Assembly: GCA_025594325.1 (NCBI GenBank)
Contig: JANHCV010000001.1
Location: 3,100,001-3,164,000, forward strand
DNA length: 64,000 bases
Origin: Blastocladiella emersonii ATCC 22665
Taxonomy: Eukaryota; Fungi; Blastocladiomycota
Direction: 5' to 3'
The notes below the pieces were generated by a model, which worked only from the letters and a program-made list of their open reading frames with translations, made no database searches and was not told the origin of the DNA. Both the position numbers and the translations under genes were made by a program. Shown one piece after another: positions 8,515 through 21,794 of the stretch. Position 1 is the stretch's first letter; each line of letters starts with the position of its first letter.

Positions 8515-10105
8515 ATGTCTGCTGCTCTTCGCACTGTCGCCACCTCGCTGGCGCGCTCCGCCCGCGTCGCCGCCCCCGCGCGGTACCGTGCACTCGACAA
8601 CGCGAGTACCCCGACATCGAGCGCTCACTCGCCCGCCCCGCCCGCTCGCTACTAGCGCCTTCTCGGCGTCGTCGGTCGCTCGCTCAGAGACGGGCCTTAA
8701 CTCGCTCAACGTCTTCACCGATGAGGAGAACATGATGCGCGAGGCCGGTGCGTCGACTTCGCCACACGCGTCTCGGTCATGGATCAGGTCGCTGACATGG
8801 GTCTCGGCCGTGTAGCCTCCCGCTTCGCCAACGAGAAGGTGAAGCCCCTCGTCTCCAAGATGGACGAGGCCGAGAAGATGGACCCCGAGATCATCAAGGG
8901 CCTCTTCGAGCAGGGCGTACGTGTTTCGCGCTGTTTGTCCGAGACACCAACAGCTTACCTTGACCTTGCACGAAACCCGCGTAGTTCATGGGCATCGAGA
9001 CCCCCGAGGAGTTTGGCGGTGCCGGCGGCTCGTTCACCTCGGCCATCATCGTCGTCGAGGGTCCGTGCCCTGATCTTCGCACTCGCTCCACGCACCTTGT
9101 CTGACCACGCTGGACTCGTGCGTAGAGCTTGCCAAGATCGACCCCGCCGTCTCCGTGTGCTGCGACGTCCAGAACACGCTCGTCAACACGCTGTTCCGCA
9201 CCCACGGCACCCAGGCCCAGAAGGAGAAGTACCTCGCCGGGCTCGCTACCAACACGGTCGGCTCCTTCTGCCTGTCCGAGGCGGGCTCGGGCACCGACGC
9301 CTTCGCGCTCAAGACCCGCGCCGAGAAGAAGGGCGACTACTACGTCCTCAACGGCCACAAGGTTCGTTCCCCCGACTCTCCTCGACGTACAGGACTCTAC
9401 TAACACGCAATTTGGTAGATGTGGATCACTAACGCTGGGGAGAGCGAGACGTTCCTCGTCTTCGCGAACGTCGACCCGAGCAAGGGCTACAAGGGCATCA
9501 CCGCCTTCATCGTCGAGAAGGGCATGGGCGTCAAGGTGGCCAAGAAGGAGGCCAAGCTCGGCATCCGCGCCTCGTCGACGTGCCTGCTCAACTTTGACGA
9601 CGTCAAGGTCCCCGCCTCCAACATCCTCGGCGAGATCGGCCGCGGCTACAAGTACTCGATCGAGATCCTCAACGAGGGCCGCATCGGTATTGCTGCCCAG
9701 ATGCTGGGTCTCGCCCAGGGCGCCTTCGACGTTGCCGTCCCCTACACGTTCGAGCGCAAGCAGTTCGGCCAGGCCGTCGGCGAGTACCAGGGCATGCAGC
9801 ACCAGTACGCGCAGGTCGCCGTCGAGATCGAGGCCGCGCGCCTCCTCACCTACAACGCGGCCCGCCTCAAGGAGGAGGGCAAGCCCTTTATCCGCGAGGC
9901 CGCCATGGCCAAGCTGTACGCGTCGCAGGTCGCCGAGAAGGCCGCGTCCAAGGCCATCGAGTGGATGGGCGGCGTCGGCTTCACCCGCGACTACCCCGTC
10001 GAGAAGTTCTACCGCGACGCCAAGATCGGCGCCATCTACGAGGGCACCTCCAACATCCAGCTGCAGACCATCGCCAAGATGATCCAGCAGCAGTACAAGG
10101 CCTGA
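8515..10105 (+). CDS. ACADSB: Mitochondrial short/branched-chain acyl-CoA dehydrogenase; 6 exons
   Basis: Presequence-like [17 protein letters not shown]; motifs [19 protein letters not shown]|[27 protein letters not shown] and [12 protein letters not shown]; five GT-AG introns. Confidence 0.9.
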
Positions 10106-10194
10106 AGTCTCGTCGGCTTCCAGAAACTCTCTTTTCATTACCTCCTCCCTTACCATGGCTACATATATTCATAAGCTCCGCGCGGAGCTTGTCC

Positions 10195-10888
10195 CTACTC
10201 GTAGCTGATGTTGACGTGCGACACGTTCAGGACCGTGTCCTCGTCGAAGAAGGTCGTCTCGATGCGAACGCGACTACAAATGAACGGTCGCGCGTCAGTG
10301 TGATGCGGGCGAGCGATGGACGAGAGAGAGATGCGTACGCGGACTCGATTTCGTCGTCCTGTAGCGTTCCCTCCTCGTCGTCAGCCTCGACGAGCGTCTC
10401 CCACGAGTTTTGCGACATGGGAATCACGAACCCGAATTCGAACTTCCACGCTACGGATTGAATGCTTCTCAGTCAGTTCCAGCTTGGCTCGGCGTGTGAC
10501 GCGAAGAAGCGAAACGTACTCTCGACCAGCACGTCGTTGAAGTAGATGTTCTACGAATCGAACGAGTGCAACCGGTGGTGAGATAGTCGCCGAAAACGTC
10601 CAAGCGCTTAAGTACCTGAACGAGGCGGAGGTGCGAGATCGGCTCCGCGCGGAGCGAGGAAAAGTTGATCTCGCGCGCGACCGCGGGGCAGCGCAGCATG
10701 GCCTTGGGCAGCGTAACGCTCATGTCGCCCTTGAATGCGCCGGTCCAGTTGGAGCCCTTCCATAGGACCTTGCCGCTGGACACGTCGCGGATCTGCATCC
10801 AGTTGCTGACGTGCCGCGCTTGTGCAGTCAGTTTTCCGAGGATGTACTCGGTTCATTCGCGCGCCAGGTACATTTGCAGGTGATCCAT
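10195..10888 (-). CDS. PDE6D: PDE6-delta prenyl-binding protein (GMP-PDE delta family); multi-exon
   Basis: NWMQIRDVSSGKVLW, LPKAMLRCPAVAREINFSS, FEFGFVIPMSQNSWETLVEA and RIETTFFD match human PDE6D motifs. Confidence 0.88.
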
Positions 10889-11271
10889 GGTGTTCATTCG
10901 TGGTCCGTGAACAAATCCTTGAACGATTTTGCCGAGGAGAGCTGAAGGGGCTGCGACCAAAACGCGTCTCGCACCGCGGCCGCGAGTGTCTCGCAAATGG
11001 GCGCGTTCAATCAGGTGATTGAGGCGTGACCTCCGATTTCGTTTCGGCTTGCCCGATTCCTTCAGCGCCCGTGCCCCTGTACTGCCTGGTGTCCCCACGC
11101 CGCCCGCCGTGCCTTCTCGCCAGCCTCGGACACGCCTGCTCCGTGCTACGGCGATTGAATGTTAAACTACATGCAACTTGGCGCACTGTTTACCTGAGGC
11201 GCCCTTCCATCTTCTCCTGCGTAAAAAGTAGCCCTTCACGTTTCCGGCGCTCAGCTCACTCTCGTCGCCCC

Positions 11272-14200
11272 ATGGATCAAGAGGATCTCGTCGGGGCGCT
11301 GCTTCAACTCGCCGGCCCGATCGTGCCCATGCTTTCTGAGTCGAACAAGATTACCGGTGGTGCCGCTGGCGCCGATGCTGTTTCGGCGGCGACGGTCCAG
11401 CAAGTGCTCATGTCGGACACGGATTCCACGTTAAAGCGGCTCGACGGTCCCTCGGAAATGGCTTTTGATACGCCAGGTGCTGCGCATGCGATTCAGGTTG
11501 GCGAGACCTCGCATAATCTGCAGGACTTCTCGGCGGCCAACGCTGAGACCGATCTGTTTCCCAGTCGCTCGAGCAGCGACGCTTCGACGCGGGTCCACGG
11601 TTCTCCCGATCTTATGGGCGTAGACGCATCGGAAATCGCAACCGAGGCCGAGCCGATGCAGACGGGTGAGGGCCGTTGCGTTTCCGACGAGGCCAACGCT
11701 CCGGGTACCGAGCCGAATCAACATATTACCTTTGGTGATGCAGCCGACGCGACTAATCAACTGGTTGATACCTCGGAGCTTCTTGGTTTTGATTCGAGCG
11801 CCGCGGCTGCTCACCGCGACTCAACCACACCAACCAACGCGCCGTTGCAACACAACGTTATCATCCCTGATCTTGCCCGTGTCGGCCATGTCGGCGAGCA
11901 CACCCAGTTTGCCGATATCCCGATGGAACTCGACGCTTCCCCTGCGACCGCGATTTCTTGCTCTATTGTCGACACGGCGACCAAGTCAACATCCGATACT
12001 CCATTCGAGGGACCGCTTGTGGACTCGACCAGCGAAACGAGCGCGGCAAAGGCTGGTTCGAATCGAGCAACGACGTCTTCGCCGAAACCGAGTGGAGACG
12101 GCGACGAAGGCGAGGACTTTTTCGTGATCGACACGCAGCCCCAGGTGCCGGTTGTTCAAGCTGCTCTCGAACCACCCAATCGACTTGGTTTGCCTCGTAA
12201 GCCCACAAGTTCGACCTCCCATGGAAATGGGAATGAAGATGCCGCTCAGCAGCAGCAACAGCGGTCGGATGCTCGCTCTCGCTCTCGCTCTCATACTCGC
12301 TCTCATCAGCTTCCGCTTGAACAACCCATCGACCACCGTCGTTCCGCTCCTCGTGACCGCTCGCGGGACCCTCCTTCGCGGCCCAACTCGCGTGGCTCCT
12401 TGCCGTCGGGTGACGGCCAAAGCGGCCGCCGCACGCGCGTCACGGTCAAGGAGTTGCCCAGCAGCTTCCGTTGGCAGGAACTCAAGGACCTCGCGCGTAG
12501 TTGTACGCGTCTTCCTGCTTGTGCTCACGCTTTGATTGCTCCTTGAGTAATTAACGACTCGCTGCTGACCCTTGTAGATGGCCTTCCTGCCCTCAGTACC
12601 GATGTTGAGTGGCGGAACCAGACGGGTCGCCTGAGCGGATACCTCGAGTTCCGCTCGCGCGCTGAGGCCGAGCGTGCGGTCGAACGCCTTGACGGACTCG
12701 AGCTGCAGCGCGGAAAGCTGATTGCTTACCTGACCGAGGACGGCAGCCCACGCCGCCACCGCCAGCCTGCACCGCTTCCGCCTGCTTCTGCGCGCGCTGC
12801 CCGGCCCTCGTCTCGGGCACCTGCTTCGGCCCAGCTGCCTCCCGCTAACCCACTCGCCGTGTTCGTCACCAACGTTGGTATCTCCCGGTACCGCGGTTCC
12901 TTTGCGACAACGCCGATTCACCGGTCCCGCCCGCCGTGTAGATTCCCGATGTTGCGACGACGCGCGACGTTGAGCAGTTCTTCTCGGCCGCTGGTCGGCT
13001 CACCAGCGTGGAGTTCCAGCACGAGGGGCGAGGTCGCCGTTCGGGCCGCGCTACCGTGAAGTACGCGTCGACCTCGTCCCCTGCGCTCGCTGTTTGTACG
13101 TTTCGCGACAGCTCCCGCTCCCGCTCCCGCTCCAGTCGATCTACTCTCGACATGCTGACGCAAGGCGTACGACGCGTACTCGATGTAGCCATGTTCAACG
13201 GGCGCGAGTGGCGCGGCAACATTCTTTCGGTGGTTTCGCTCGGCAACGAGCCGGGTCCAAGCTCGTCTTCGCGGCGTTCGCGCTCGGGTGACCGCTCGGG
13301 CGACTACACTCGCCAGGAGCGCCGCGACGACCCGCGCTATCAACGCCACGCTTCCTCCCGCGCCGCTTCGCGTGGCCGGGCTCGCTCTCGTTCGCGTTCG
13401 CGTTCGCGTTCGCGCTCTCCCGCCCGGTACTCGTCGCACCGGGATCGTGTGGACTACCGCGGCCGCGAGCGCTCGCGCAGCCGCTCGTGGGACCGGATGC
13501 GCTCGCCGCCTCGCTACGAGTACGCTCGCGGGGGTGAGCGCCGTCGTACGCCCTCGCCGCCTCGCTACCGCGACGACGATTACCGTCGCGATGACGACTA
13601 CCGCCACGACGACCGTTACCGTTACGACCAGGCGCCCTCGCGCGGTGGCCGGTACGCTTCTCCGCCCCCTGCGCGCCGCGAAGCTTCGAGGGACAGGTAC
13701 GACTCGCGCGACGCGCGTGATCGGCCCAGCGACCGGTACGAGCGGTACGATCGGTACGATCGCCATGATCGCGAGGAGTCGGTCGGCCGCTACAGCGACT
13801 ACTCGTCGCCGCGCCGCCCGTCGCGTGCTTCGCCGCCTCCGGCTGTGCCGCTGATGCCGATGCCCGCGCAGCTTCCGTACGGGTTCCCCTTCTACCAGCA
13901 ACCGCTTCCTGCGCCGGCCAACGCGCCCATGGGTCAGCTCTCCATGGCTCAGCTCCAGCAGCTCATGCAGTTTATGAACCCCTTGGTCGCCGCGCAGTCG
14001 ACGGCCCCCGCTCCCGCCCCCGCTCCCGCCCCCGCCCCCGTTCCCGCTCCTGCCCCCGCGGCGCAGTATCCTCCTGCCATGCCCGTCGTGGCACTGGCGC
14101 CCGTCGTGGCACCGGCTCCCGCCGCACCAGTGATGCCGCCTGCTCCGCCTGCGGTCGTCGCACCGACGCCGATTTCCCCTGCGGCGCCTGCTGCGGCGCC

Positions 14201-14414
14201 CGTCGCCCCCGTCGCTCCCGCCGTCCCGAGCGCCCCGCCGACTTCTGCTTTCCCTGGCAGCGCTTCCGCGGCCGCGCCCAACTTCTTGCAGCTTATGGCG
14301 AACCTCACGGCGCTGCAGAAGAAGAAGCAGCAGCAGCAGCCGCTGCAGGAGCCGTCGTACCAGCCGTCGCAGTCCGAAGCTCAGGATCAGTACGATCCGT
14401 CGTCGTCGTACTAG
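11272..14414 (+). CDS. RRM-containing SR-like RNA-binding protein (Npl3/Gbp2/SRSF-like) with a long acidic N-terminus, an RS domain and a P/A-rich tail; multi-exon
   Basis: RVTVKELPSSFRWQELKDLAR (SRSF pseudo-RRM motif), GYLEFRSRAEAERAVERLDG, a second RRM (DVEQFFSAAGRLTSVEF..FNGREWRGNILSV), and RSRSRSRS repeats. Confidence 0.75.
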
Positions 14415-14519
14415 CGGCGCCGCTCTCAGCTGAATCGAGTCGCGCGAGTTCACCGTGTTTCTCACGCAGTTGTTCTTTCTCTTTGCTTCTTTCTTGTTTC
14501 GTTCGTACATCATAAAAAT

Positions 14520-17500
14520 CTACTTTCCTCCAATCCCGCCGCCGAGCGTGACGTTCTTGAGCGCGAGCGAGAGCTTGGCCTGTGTGCCCTGCAGCTCGGA
14601 CCCGTCCAGCGTGACGTTCGAGTACCGCAGCGTCTGCTTGCCCATGCCGCCACCCTGTGCCGGGATCGGAGGCTGCCACTGGACCGACTCGGGCGCGTTT
14701 TGCTACAGTTAATCAGCGTGTGTGTGAGCAGCGAAATCACCATGGTCGCGGTAACGGTAATCGACGCGGTGACGCGTGATCGCACCTTGGCGGCCTCCCG
14801 CTCGTCCTCGGTGATGGACGCGCCGTCGATGCGGATCAGCGAGGCCATGAGCTGGATCAGCACGGAACGGTAGCTTGGGACGCGCGATACGGGGTTGGCC
14901 ACGAGCGAGATGCTCTGCAGCGACGCGCTCTAGATGGGGCGACGCGTACGTGAGTAGCTGTCAAGCCGATTCGGAGTTCAAGAAGTTTAACGCACGCTAA
15001 CATCGGTCAGGTCGGCCACGCGGTTGCGGTCAGCGTGGAGGTACTTGATCTTGGGCAGCGCGCGGAGGAAGCTGACCGACTTGACGCGGTTGTCGCTACA
15101 CGCCCGCATCGTTAGTTGTGGCGCGGACGACAAGCACCCAGAAAACTGCTATACTTGATCGAGAGCTCCTTGAGCGACCGCAGTGGCGCGGCCATGTCGT
15201 AGTCCAGCCCGCGAATCTGGTTGAGGTCGAGGTACAGCTTTTGGACGCCGCGGACGCGCTCGATCCCGTCCAGCCGCGTGAGCCGGTTCGACCGCGCGCT
15301 CAGGATGCGCAGCTCGCTCGACAGCGACTCGAGGTGCATGTCCGCGATGCGCTGGAACTGGTTGTGGTCGAGGTAGAGCTCGGCGAGCAGGGGCCAGATC
15401 TCGGGCCCGGTGCCCGCGCACATGCCGCCGCTGGCGCCGCGCCCGCCGTCGCCCGAGCCGGATGCAGATGAGCCCGACGAGGAGGTGCCCGATCCCGCTG
15501 AGCCGGGCGCGGACCCAAAGACCTTGGCTGGGTCCGGGAGCGACTCGAGGCGGTTGCCGCTCAGGCTGAGGCACCGCAGCGAGCGCAGGTGGACGAGGTT
15601 CGACACGTCGGTGAGGTTGTTGTTGTCGAGGTTTAGGAACGACAGCGACTGGAAGTCGTTGGGCGAGAAGCACTCGATGCGCACGAGCTGGCACGAGCGG
15701 AGGTCGAGGCACGTCAGCGTGCGGACCTTGGCCACGTCCATGCGCTCCAGCAGCTTGGCGCGCGTCAGCGAGCCGACGAGAAGCTGCTTGGCCTGCGCAA
15801 TCTCGTCCTCGGTGACGGGCGTGCCGTCGAGGATCTGCAGTGCCGGCGAGCAGTACACGACGGACTGGCGGTAGTTGCTCAGGTACCCGACGATGGCGTT
15901 GCCGCGGAGGTCGAGGATGATCAGGTTGGCCGCCTGCGCGAGGCTGTTGAGGTGGCCCGAGTCCGAGATCAGGTTGAAGGCGATGTACAGCTCCTGCAGC
16001 TTGGGCAAGCGGCGCACAAAGTCGAGGGCCACGAGCCGGTTGTCGGTCAGGTTGAGATGGACGAGGCGGTGGAACGGCCGGTGGGGCTGCTGCAGGTCGA
16101 TGCTGGCGATGCGGTTGCACGAGCAGTCGAGGACCTGGAGCGACGGCAGCAGGCCGAGCGGGTCGATGGTCGTGATCAGGTTGCCGCCGAGGAACAGGTG
16201 CTCGAGGTGCGTCATGCGCGCCAGCGCGTCAATCGTCGTGAGCCCGCTGTTCCGGAGCGAGAGGTGCTTGATGTGCTTGAGGTTCGAGAGCATGATCAAG
16301 TCGTTGAGCCCCGTGTGCTCGAGCTGCAGCGCCGTCGCGGTCGAGAAGAGCATGTAGGACGGCGGAACGACGACCGAGTGGTCGATGAGGTACTCGTCGT
16401 AGATAAGCTCCTCGAGCTTGGCCGACCACGCGGCGAGTACGGCCGAGCTCTCGCCCGCGATCATGTTGCCCGACAGATCGAGGACCCGAGCCGTCGCGGG
16501 AAGCTTGCCGGACAGGATCGAGATCTGGTTGTGGCGAGCATCGAGTCGGACCACGTTCGGGAGCACGTCGAAGAGGTGGCTCGTGTCGACAAAGGCGTTG
16601 AACGCGAGCCGCGCCGTCGTGACCGAGGGCAGCGGGAGCGCGGGGAGGCTGCTGATGCCCATGTGGCTCAGATCGAGCTCGGTCAGCGAGTCCTTGAGGC
16701 ACGCGTCGAGGAGCGGCTGCAGCTGGAGCTGGCGGCTCGCTTTGAAGTCGGTGTACTCCTTGGACAGGAAGTGCGGGATCGAGCCGAGGTCGATTGCCGA
16801 CGGCGAGGCGATGGGCTCGTGGATGAAGCACATGGGCAGGCCCTGGCGCGACGCGAGGTAGATCTCGTCGTGCAGCTGCGTGACGTGGACCGGCGCGTCG
16901 AACGGGTCCTCGAACGGGAAACGGATGAGCGTGACCTCGTACGACCGGAGTCGTTCGGGCAGCAGCGCGCGGCTGAACTCGGCCGAGGCGGTCTCGAACG
17001 TGATGCCGCCGAGGTAGCTGAACATGAGCTGGTGCTTGGCGTTGGCCAGCATGACCGCGCGGTAGCAGTGCTCGAGCTGCGCGTAGGTCGCCTTGGCGCG
17101 CGTCGACAGCTCGCCGTGCAGGGCGAGAGCGCGCTCCGACGGCGACCGGCGCACCGACTCGGACCAGTCGATGTAGCCGAGCAGGTAGGAGAGCGAGGGC
17201 GCCATGCGCGCAATGGCCTCCTTGAGGAACTTGGCCTGCTGGATGTACTGCGTCACGTCGTCCTGCCACGCCGTCTCGTAGTACCGCCGCTTCATCTTGT
17301 GGATGGTCATGGCGCGCGCGGCCATGGCCTCGGTGATGGTCTTCTCGTTGAGGACCGAGAGCTTGGCGCAGTGGCACAGCGCGACGAGCTCAAAGTGCTG
17401 CAGCATGCACAGCGGGTTGGACCCGTAGAAGGCGTGCTCAAAAACGAGCTCGGTGAGCTCGGGCAGCTGGCCGAGAATGTCAAGCACCTCAATCAGGTAG

Positions 17501-18175
17501 ATGTTGTTGCCGGCGAGGTTGAGCGTCTACACGAGCTGAAGCGTCAGCATATAGGAGTGTTTTCATCGCGAGGTCGAGAGATGTATCGACCTTGAGGTTC
17601 GAGTGAACAAGGATGCCGGGCTGAATGTCCGAGATCTGGTTGTTGGCCGCATTCAGCGTCTCGAGCTCGAGGCACCCGCCGAGGCTGGAAATGTCGCTGA
17701 TCACTACCACGGAGCTGGTCAGTGGAGTCTTCTTAAGGTGCTACGTTGTAAATGTACCATTGTCGTTGATCCAGAGCGACTTGAGGTGCGAGAGCCCGGC
17801 CAGGTGCCGTATCGACGAGATTCGGTTCGAGTACCTGTTGAACGTGACAGTTCTAGTTCAGTATCTGTTCCAAACCCTCACCGGTATCATAAGAAGTGCG
17901 CACAAGTGGAGAGTCTTGAGCTGCCGGCAAACAGCGATCGGCGCGACGTCGTGGACGCGCGTTTCGCAGATCCACAGGTTCTCGAGCAGCGGGCAGTAGC
18001 TCAGGTCACCGATATACTCGATATCCTGCGCCACGATGACTAGGGTCCGGAGTTGGGCTCCGACTTGGTTCAGGTTCGGGAACGCGGCAAGGTTGAAGTG
18101 GCAGAGCTCGAGGACCGAATCGTCATCTGCGCGAAACGTCGAGTGCACGAGGTCATGAGAAGCGTTGCGTGACAT
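14520..18175 (-). CDS. LRRC9: Leucine-rich repeat protein, LRRC9-like (ciliary); multi-exon
   Basis: Many SDS22-type LRRs (LxLxxNxIxxI) and LRRcap motifs (YRQSVVYCSPALQILDGTPVT; YRSVLIQLMASLIRIDG). The N-terminus LRTLVIVAQDIEYIGDLSYCPLLENLWICET fits LRRC9. Confidence 0.72.
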
Positions 18176-18288
18176 GATGCATAGAGTTCATTTATGAGAT
18201 CTGCAAGTTTGGGAGTGGTAGCAGGTGGACAAAACAGCCCGCGGAGGCGAGGCGCAAGGGACACGTCGCGCGTCGCGCCACGGCGTGA

Positions 18289-21200
18289 TCACGCGGCGCC
18301 GCTCAACGCCTCGAGCGTCGCGGCCTGCAGGTCTTGGAACTGTTTTTCCAGCGCGTCGCCGTCCAATGGGGAGCTGGCCTTGGGATCCTCCTTCTCGGGC
18401 TATTGAGCAGCGAAGAGTAATGAGCGCTACTTCGAGCGATGGTGGCGGACGAACGACGTACCGCTCCTTCGGCCTTGGGCTCGGCGGCCTTTTGCTTCTC
18501 CTGGACACGGAACGTGCGCCGTTCGGCGGCGAAGGCCACGCGCTTGATCTCGCGGTCGAGGAGGGCACGAATGAAGGCGCGCTAAGGGAGAGCGTACGAG
18601 GTAATCAGACTCGGCGATCAGGCGGCACGCGCGCCGAACTAGCCGCACCTCGTTCTTTCCTGGCCGGAAGATGTTTCGCGGCACCTCGAGGACGTGCACC
18701 GTGCCGTCGTCGTCGCCGATGGCAATGAACTGTTGAGACGGATGACTCTTGTCTACACGCCACAGGCTCATCAGCGACGGCGCAAACCGGCGGGGAAGAG
18801 GGCTCAGCGTACTGTAGTAGGTCTGCACGTTGATGGCCGAGATTGAGGACGACGAGATGGCCTGGATCTGACTTGCTTGGTGTGTCCTACACGAGCCACT
18901 GTCAGGACTGGTGGTGCCGCGCGGACTCACGAGCGAGCAGCGTACCGGTCGAGAATGTCCCAAATCTCGACGAAACCGTCGGAGCGGCCGACAAAGAACA
19001 CGCCGGGACGCGTCGGGCTCCACGCACCGCACGTCAGGTGCACGGTGCTGAGCGACGACGACAGCAGCGGGGTGGACGATCGGTCCTGCCAGATGTTGCA
19101 CGACCACCCGCCGACGCTCAGCAGGATGTCGCTGAAGTGCGGCGACCGGATCACGTCGCTGACGGGCCCGTAATGGACGCCCGACACGGACTCGACGCGG
19201 GACGCGCCCTTCTCGCCGCCGTCTTGCTTCTCGAGGAGCCAGTCGGCCTGGATTACGTCGCCCTCCTCGGTCGCGCACCACACGCGGCTCGGGGTCTGCG
19301 GTGCGTTGCCGCCGGCGGACGAGGGCGGGACCTGGTGCCCGAGCCGCGGGATGGCCGAGCTGTCGAGAGCGACACGAGTGAGGCCGTAGTCGAAGGTGCC
19401 GTCCATGGACAGCAGTGGGACCTTGAACGTGGGCCGCCACGCCTGGTCGAGCGACTTGAGGTCCTTCTTGTACCTTGTGTCCCAGAACATGACGTTGCCG
19501 TCGAGGCCGACGGACACGAGCTGGTAGATGCCCGGCTCGTCGCGCTCGGTCTTGGGCACCTCGCCGTTGTGGTTGAGCTCGAGCGACGTCCACGTCACGT
19601 CGGTCACGGCGCCGCGGTGGCTGTACTCGACCGACGACACGGCGACGAACCGGATCACGTCCACGTCGACGTTCTTGTTCTCCTCGTTCTCGTCGCGCTT
19701 CTTGTTCTTCATCTTCTCCTGGAACTCTACACGGCGCTCGTTCGTGGTCAGCGGTCGACGGACCATCTCGCGACCGCAAGACGCATACCAGAAATGTCCC
19801 AGATGACAATCTGGCCGTTGACGCATCCGCCGGCGATGACGTGCGGCAGGAGCGGGTGGAAGGCGAACGACGACACGTCCTCGGACGCCTCGAGGATGAG
19901 CTGCGGGTGGATCGGGTCGTAAAAGGACCAGATGAGGACGATCGACTGGCGCGAGCGGATCGAGAAGCCGCTCTGGACGCGCTCCTCGAGCGTCGAGCGC
20001 TGCGCGCACGAGACGGCGAGGACGCCCTTCTGGTTCGGGTGCCACGCAACGCACGAGATGCTCTTGTCCTTGGAGTACTTGAGGTCTGTGAAAGATTGGT
20101 ACTCCTACGAGATGCGGGGTGCGGTGAGTCCGTGGCCATCGAGCAGCGACCACGAGATGAAGCCCGTACCTGGAGCGACGAGTGGGTGCCCTGGTCGAGC
20201 GCGTGCTCCTCCTCACCGAGCTGGACAAAGTCGTTCTGGAAAATGTTCATGACCGTGTTCTGGAGCAGCACCTTCTCGAGCTTGTCGGCGGCGATCTCGA
20301 CGCGGCTCTTGAACAGGTCGTTGGCCAGCATCTGCTCGCACTGCTCCTCGTCCATCTCGAGCGGCTCGTACTGCATCGATGAGTTGACCTTGCGATTCCT
20401 ACGCGCGCGGCTTTGTTGGCCATCGGACAGGGAGCGATCGAGGAGAGCGCCACGTACCACGTCGTCTGAGCCGCACTCGAGACCATGGGGTTGATGGCCT
20501 GGACGCCGGCGCTCATCTGCATGCGGTGCAGCGTGTGGGCGATGGCCGGGTTGGGCCGCAGGTCGAACCAGCCCGTCGTGCAGTCGTAGTCCTGGAACCG
20601 CGTCTCGAGGCCAAACTTGCGTCGCTTGCGCGACATTTTGTAGAAGATCTACTCAAACAGCGGGAGTTAAAACAGGTCCGCTTGCTAGCAGCAGTATGAC
20701 GTACCGGGTCACGGCTTGGCAGGACGCGCTCCTCGTCAATCTCGCGGTCGCTACCGAGACAAACCCATGTCGGCGGGCGCTGCGACTTGACCTGCGCGGC
20801 GGCGGCCTCGGGATCGACAACGTCGGCCGTCTCGGGCTTCTTGGGCTACGCGAGATTTGGGTCAGCCTTGACCGTGCGGATGATCCGGCCACAGATCGTA
20901 CCAGCTGCAGAAACACGTCCTTGGCGGCCTCGGTGAGGCAGATGATGTAGTTTTGGCCATACTTCCACTCGAGGTCCTGGATCAGGAGTATCTCCTCGAA
21001 GGGCAGCTCCTGCTCGACGGAAACACGAGCGTCAGTCCAAGTCCACATGGACGACGCGCATCACAACGACGCACGTTGAGCTGGGCCTTGAGCGGACTGA
21101 AATCGGACACGGCAGCGCGGTTGAACAGGTCGCTCAGGAGGTCGGCGCGCTTGAGGAACGTGTACGGCTTGGCCTCGGTGCACATCTCCTTGAGCTGAAA

Positions 21201-21515
21201 CAGATCGACCGTGGCCGTGGACAGGAACAGGGCGAGCGAGCCCTCGGGGAGCGTCTCGGGGATCGAGAAGATGTACTCGGGCGGTGCATCGGCGGCCGCC
21301 TGCTCGGCCGCGTCCCCTGGCATGTCGCCGCCAGCCGACGGCGGAGCGCCACCGTCGTTGCCGGTCCCCGGCTTGGACGGGCTCCGTGTGCGGTTCAGCT
21401 TGCCCGAGCTGCTGCTCATGTTAAGGCTGGACACGCTGGAGCGCGACCCGGTCCGCGGCGGGTTCCCGCTGCTGTTGAGCGCATTGCGCGACTTGGACAG
21501 TTTACTCGTTGACAT
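18289..21515 (-). CDS. WDR63: Axonemal dynein intermediate chain WDR63/DNAI3 (IC140-like); multi-exon
   Basis: DFSPLKAQ, KYGQNYIICLTE, GWFDLRP, QMSAGVQA; dynein-IC type WD40 repeats (SHRGAVTDVTW, HYGPVSDVIRSPHFSDILLSVGGWS, GAWSPTRPGVFFVGRSDGFVEIWD). Confidence 0.88.
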
Positions 21516-21794
21516 TGCAGCAGTTCATGGGTGGGCAGGGGGTCGGTGCCGTGCGTGAGAGACGGTTTTTTGGGTTGAGAAGCGATCGGCCGTGCCTCCT
21601 GAGACGCTGCGACGCGGCACAGGTGAAACGCGACGCGTGAAAGGCGATCAGCTGAGCTCACACGCCCCGCGACGCGACGGTGCCTCGCGGGCGCGAGACG
21701 TTTTCGGCCGTCGTCCCTCGCTCGCATCCTCTCTTAAGTCGCGCACGAAGACTGCACATGAAACGTTGATTACGATCGCATACGACAGGACACC

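Noticed and set aside
13381-14050. Hexamer repeats (GTTCGC)n and (CCCGCT)n, and the 27-bp repeat at 53672, as CRISPR-like arrays
   Set aside because: They are coding repeats (RS, PA and N/G tracts) with no spacers; no CRISPR array, rRNA or tRNA was recognised in the window
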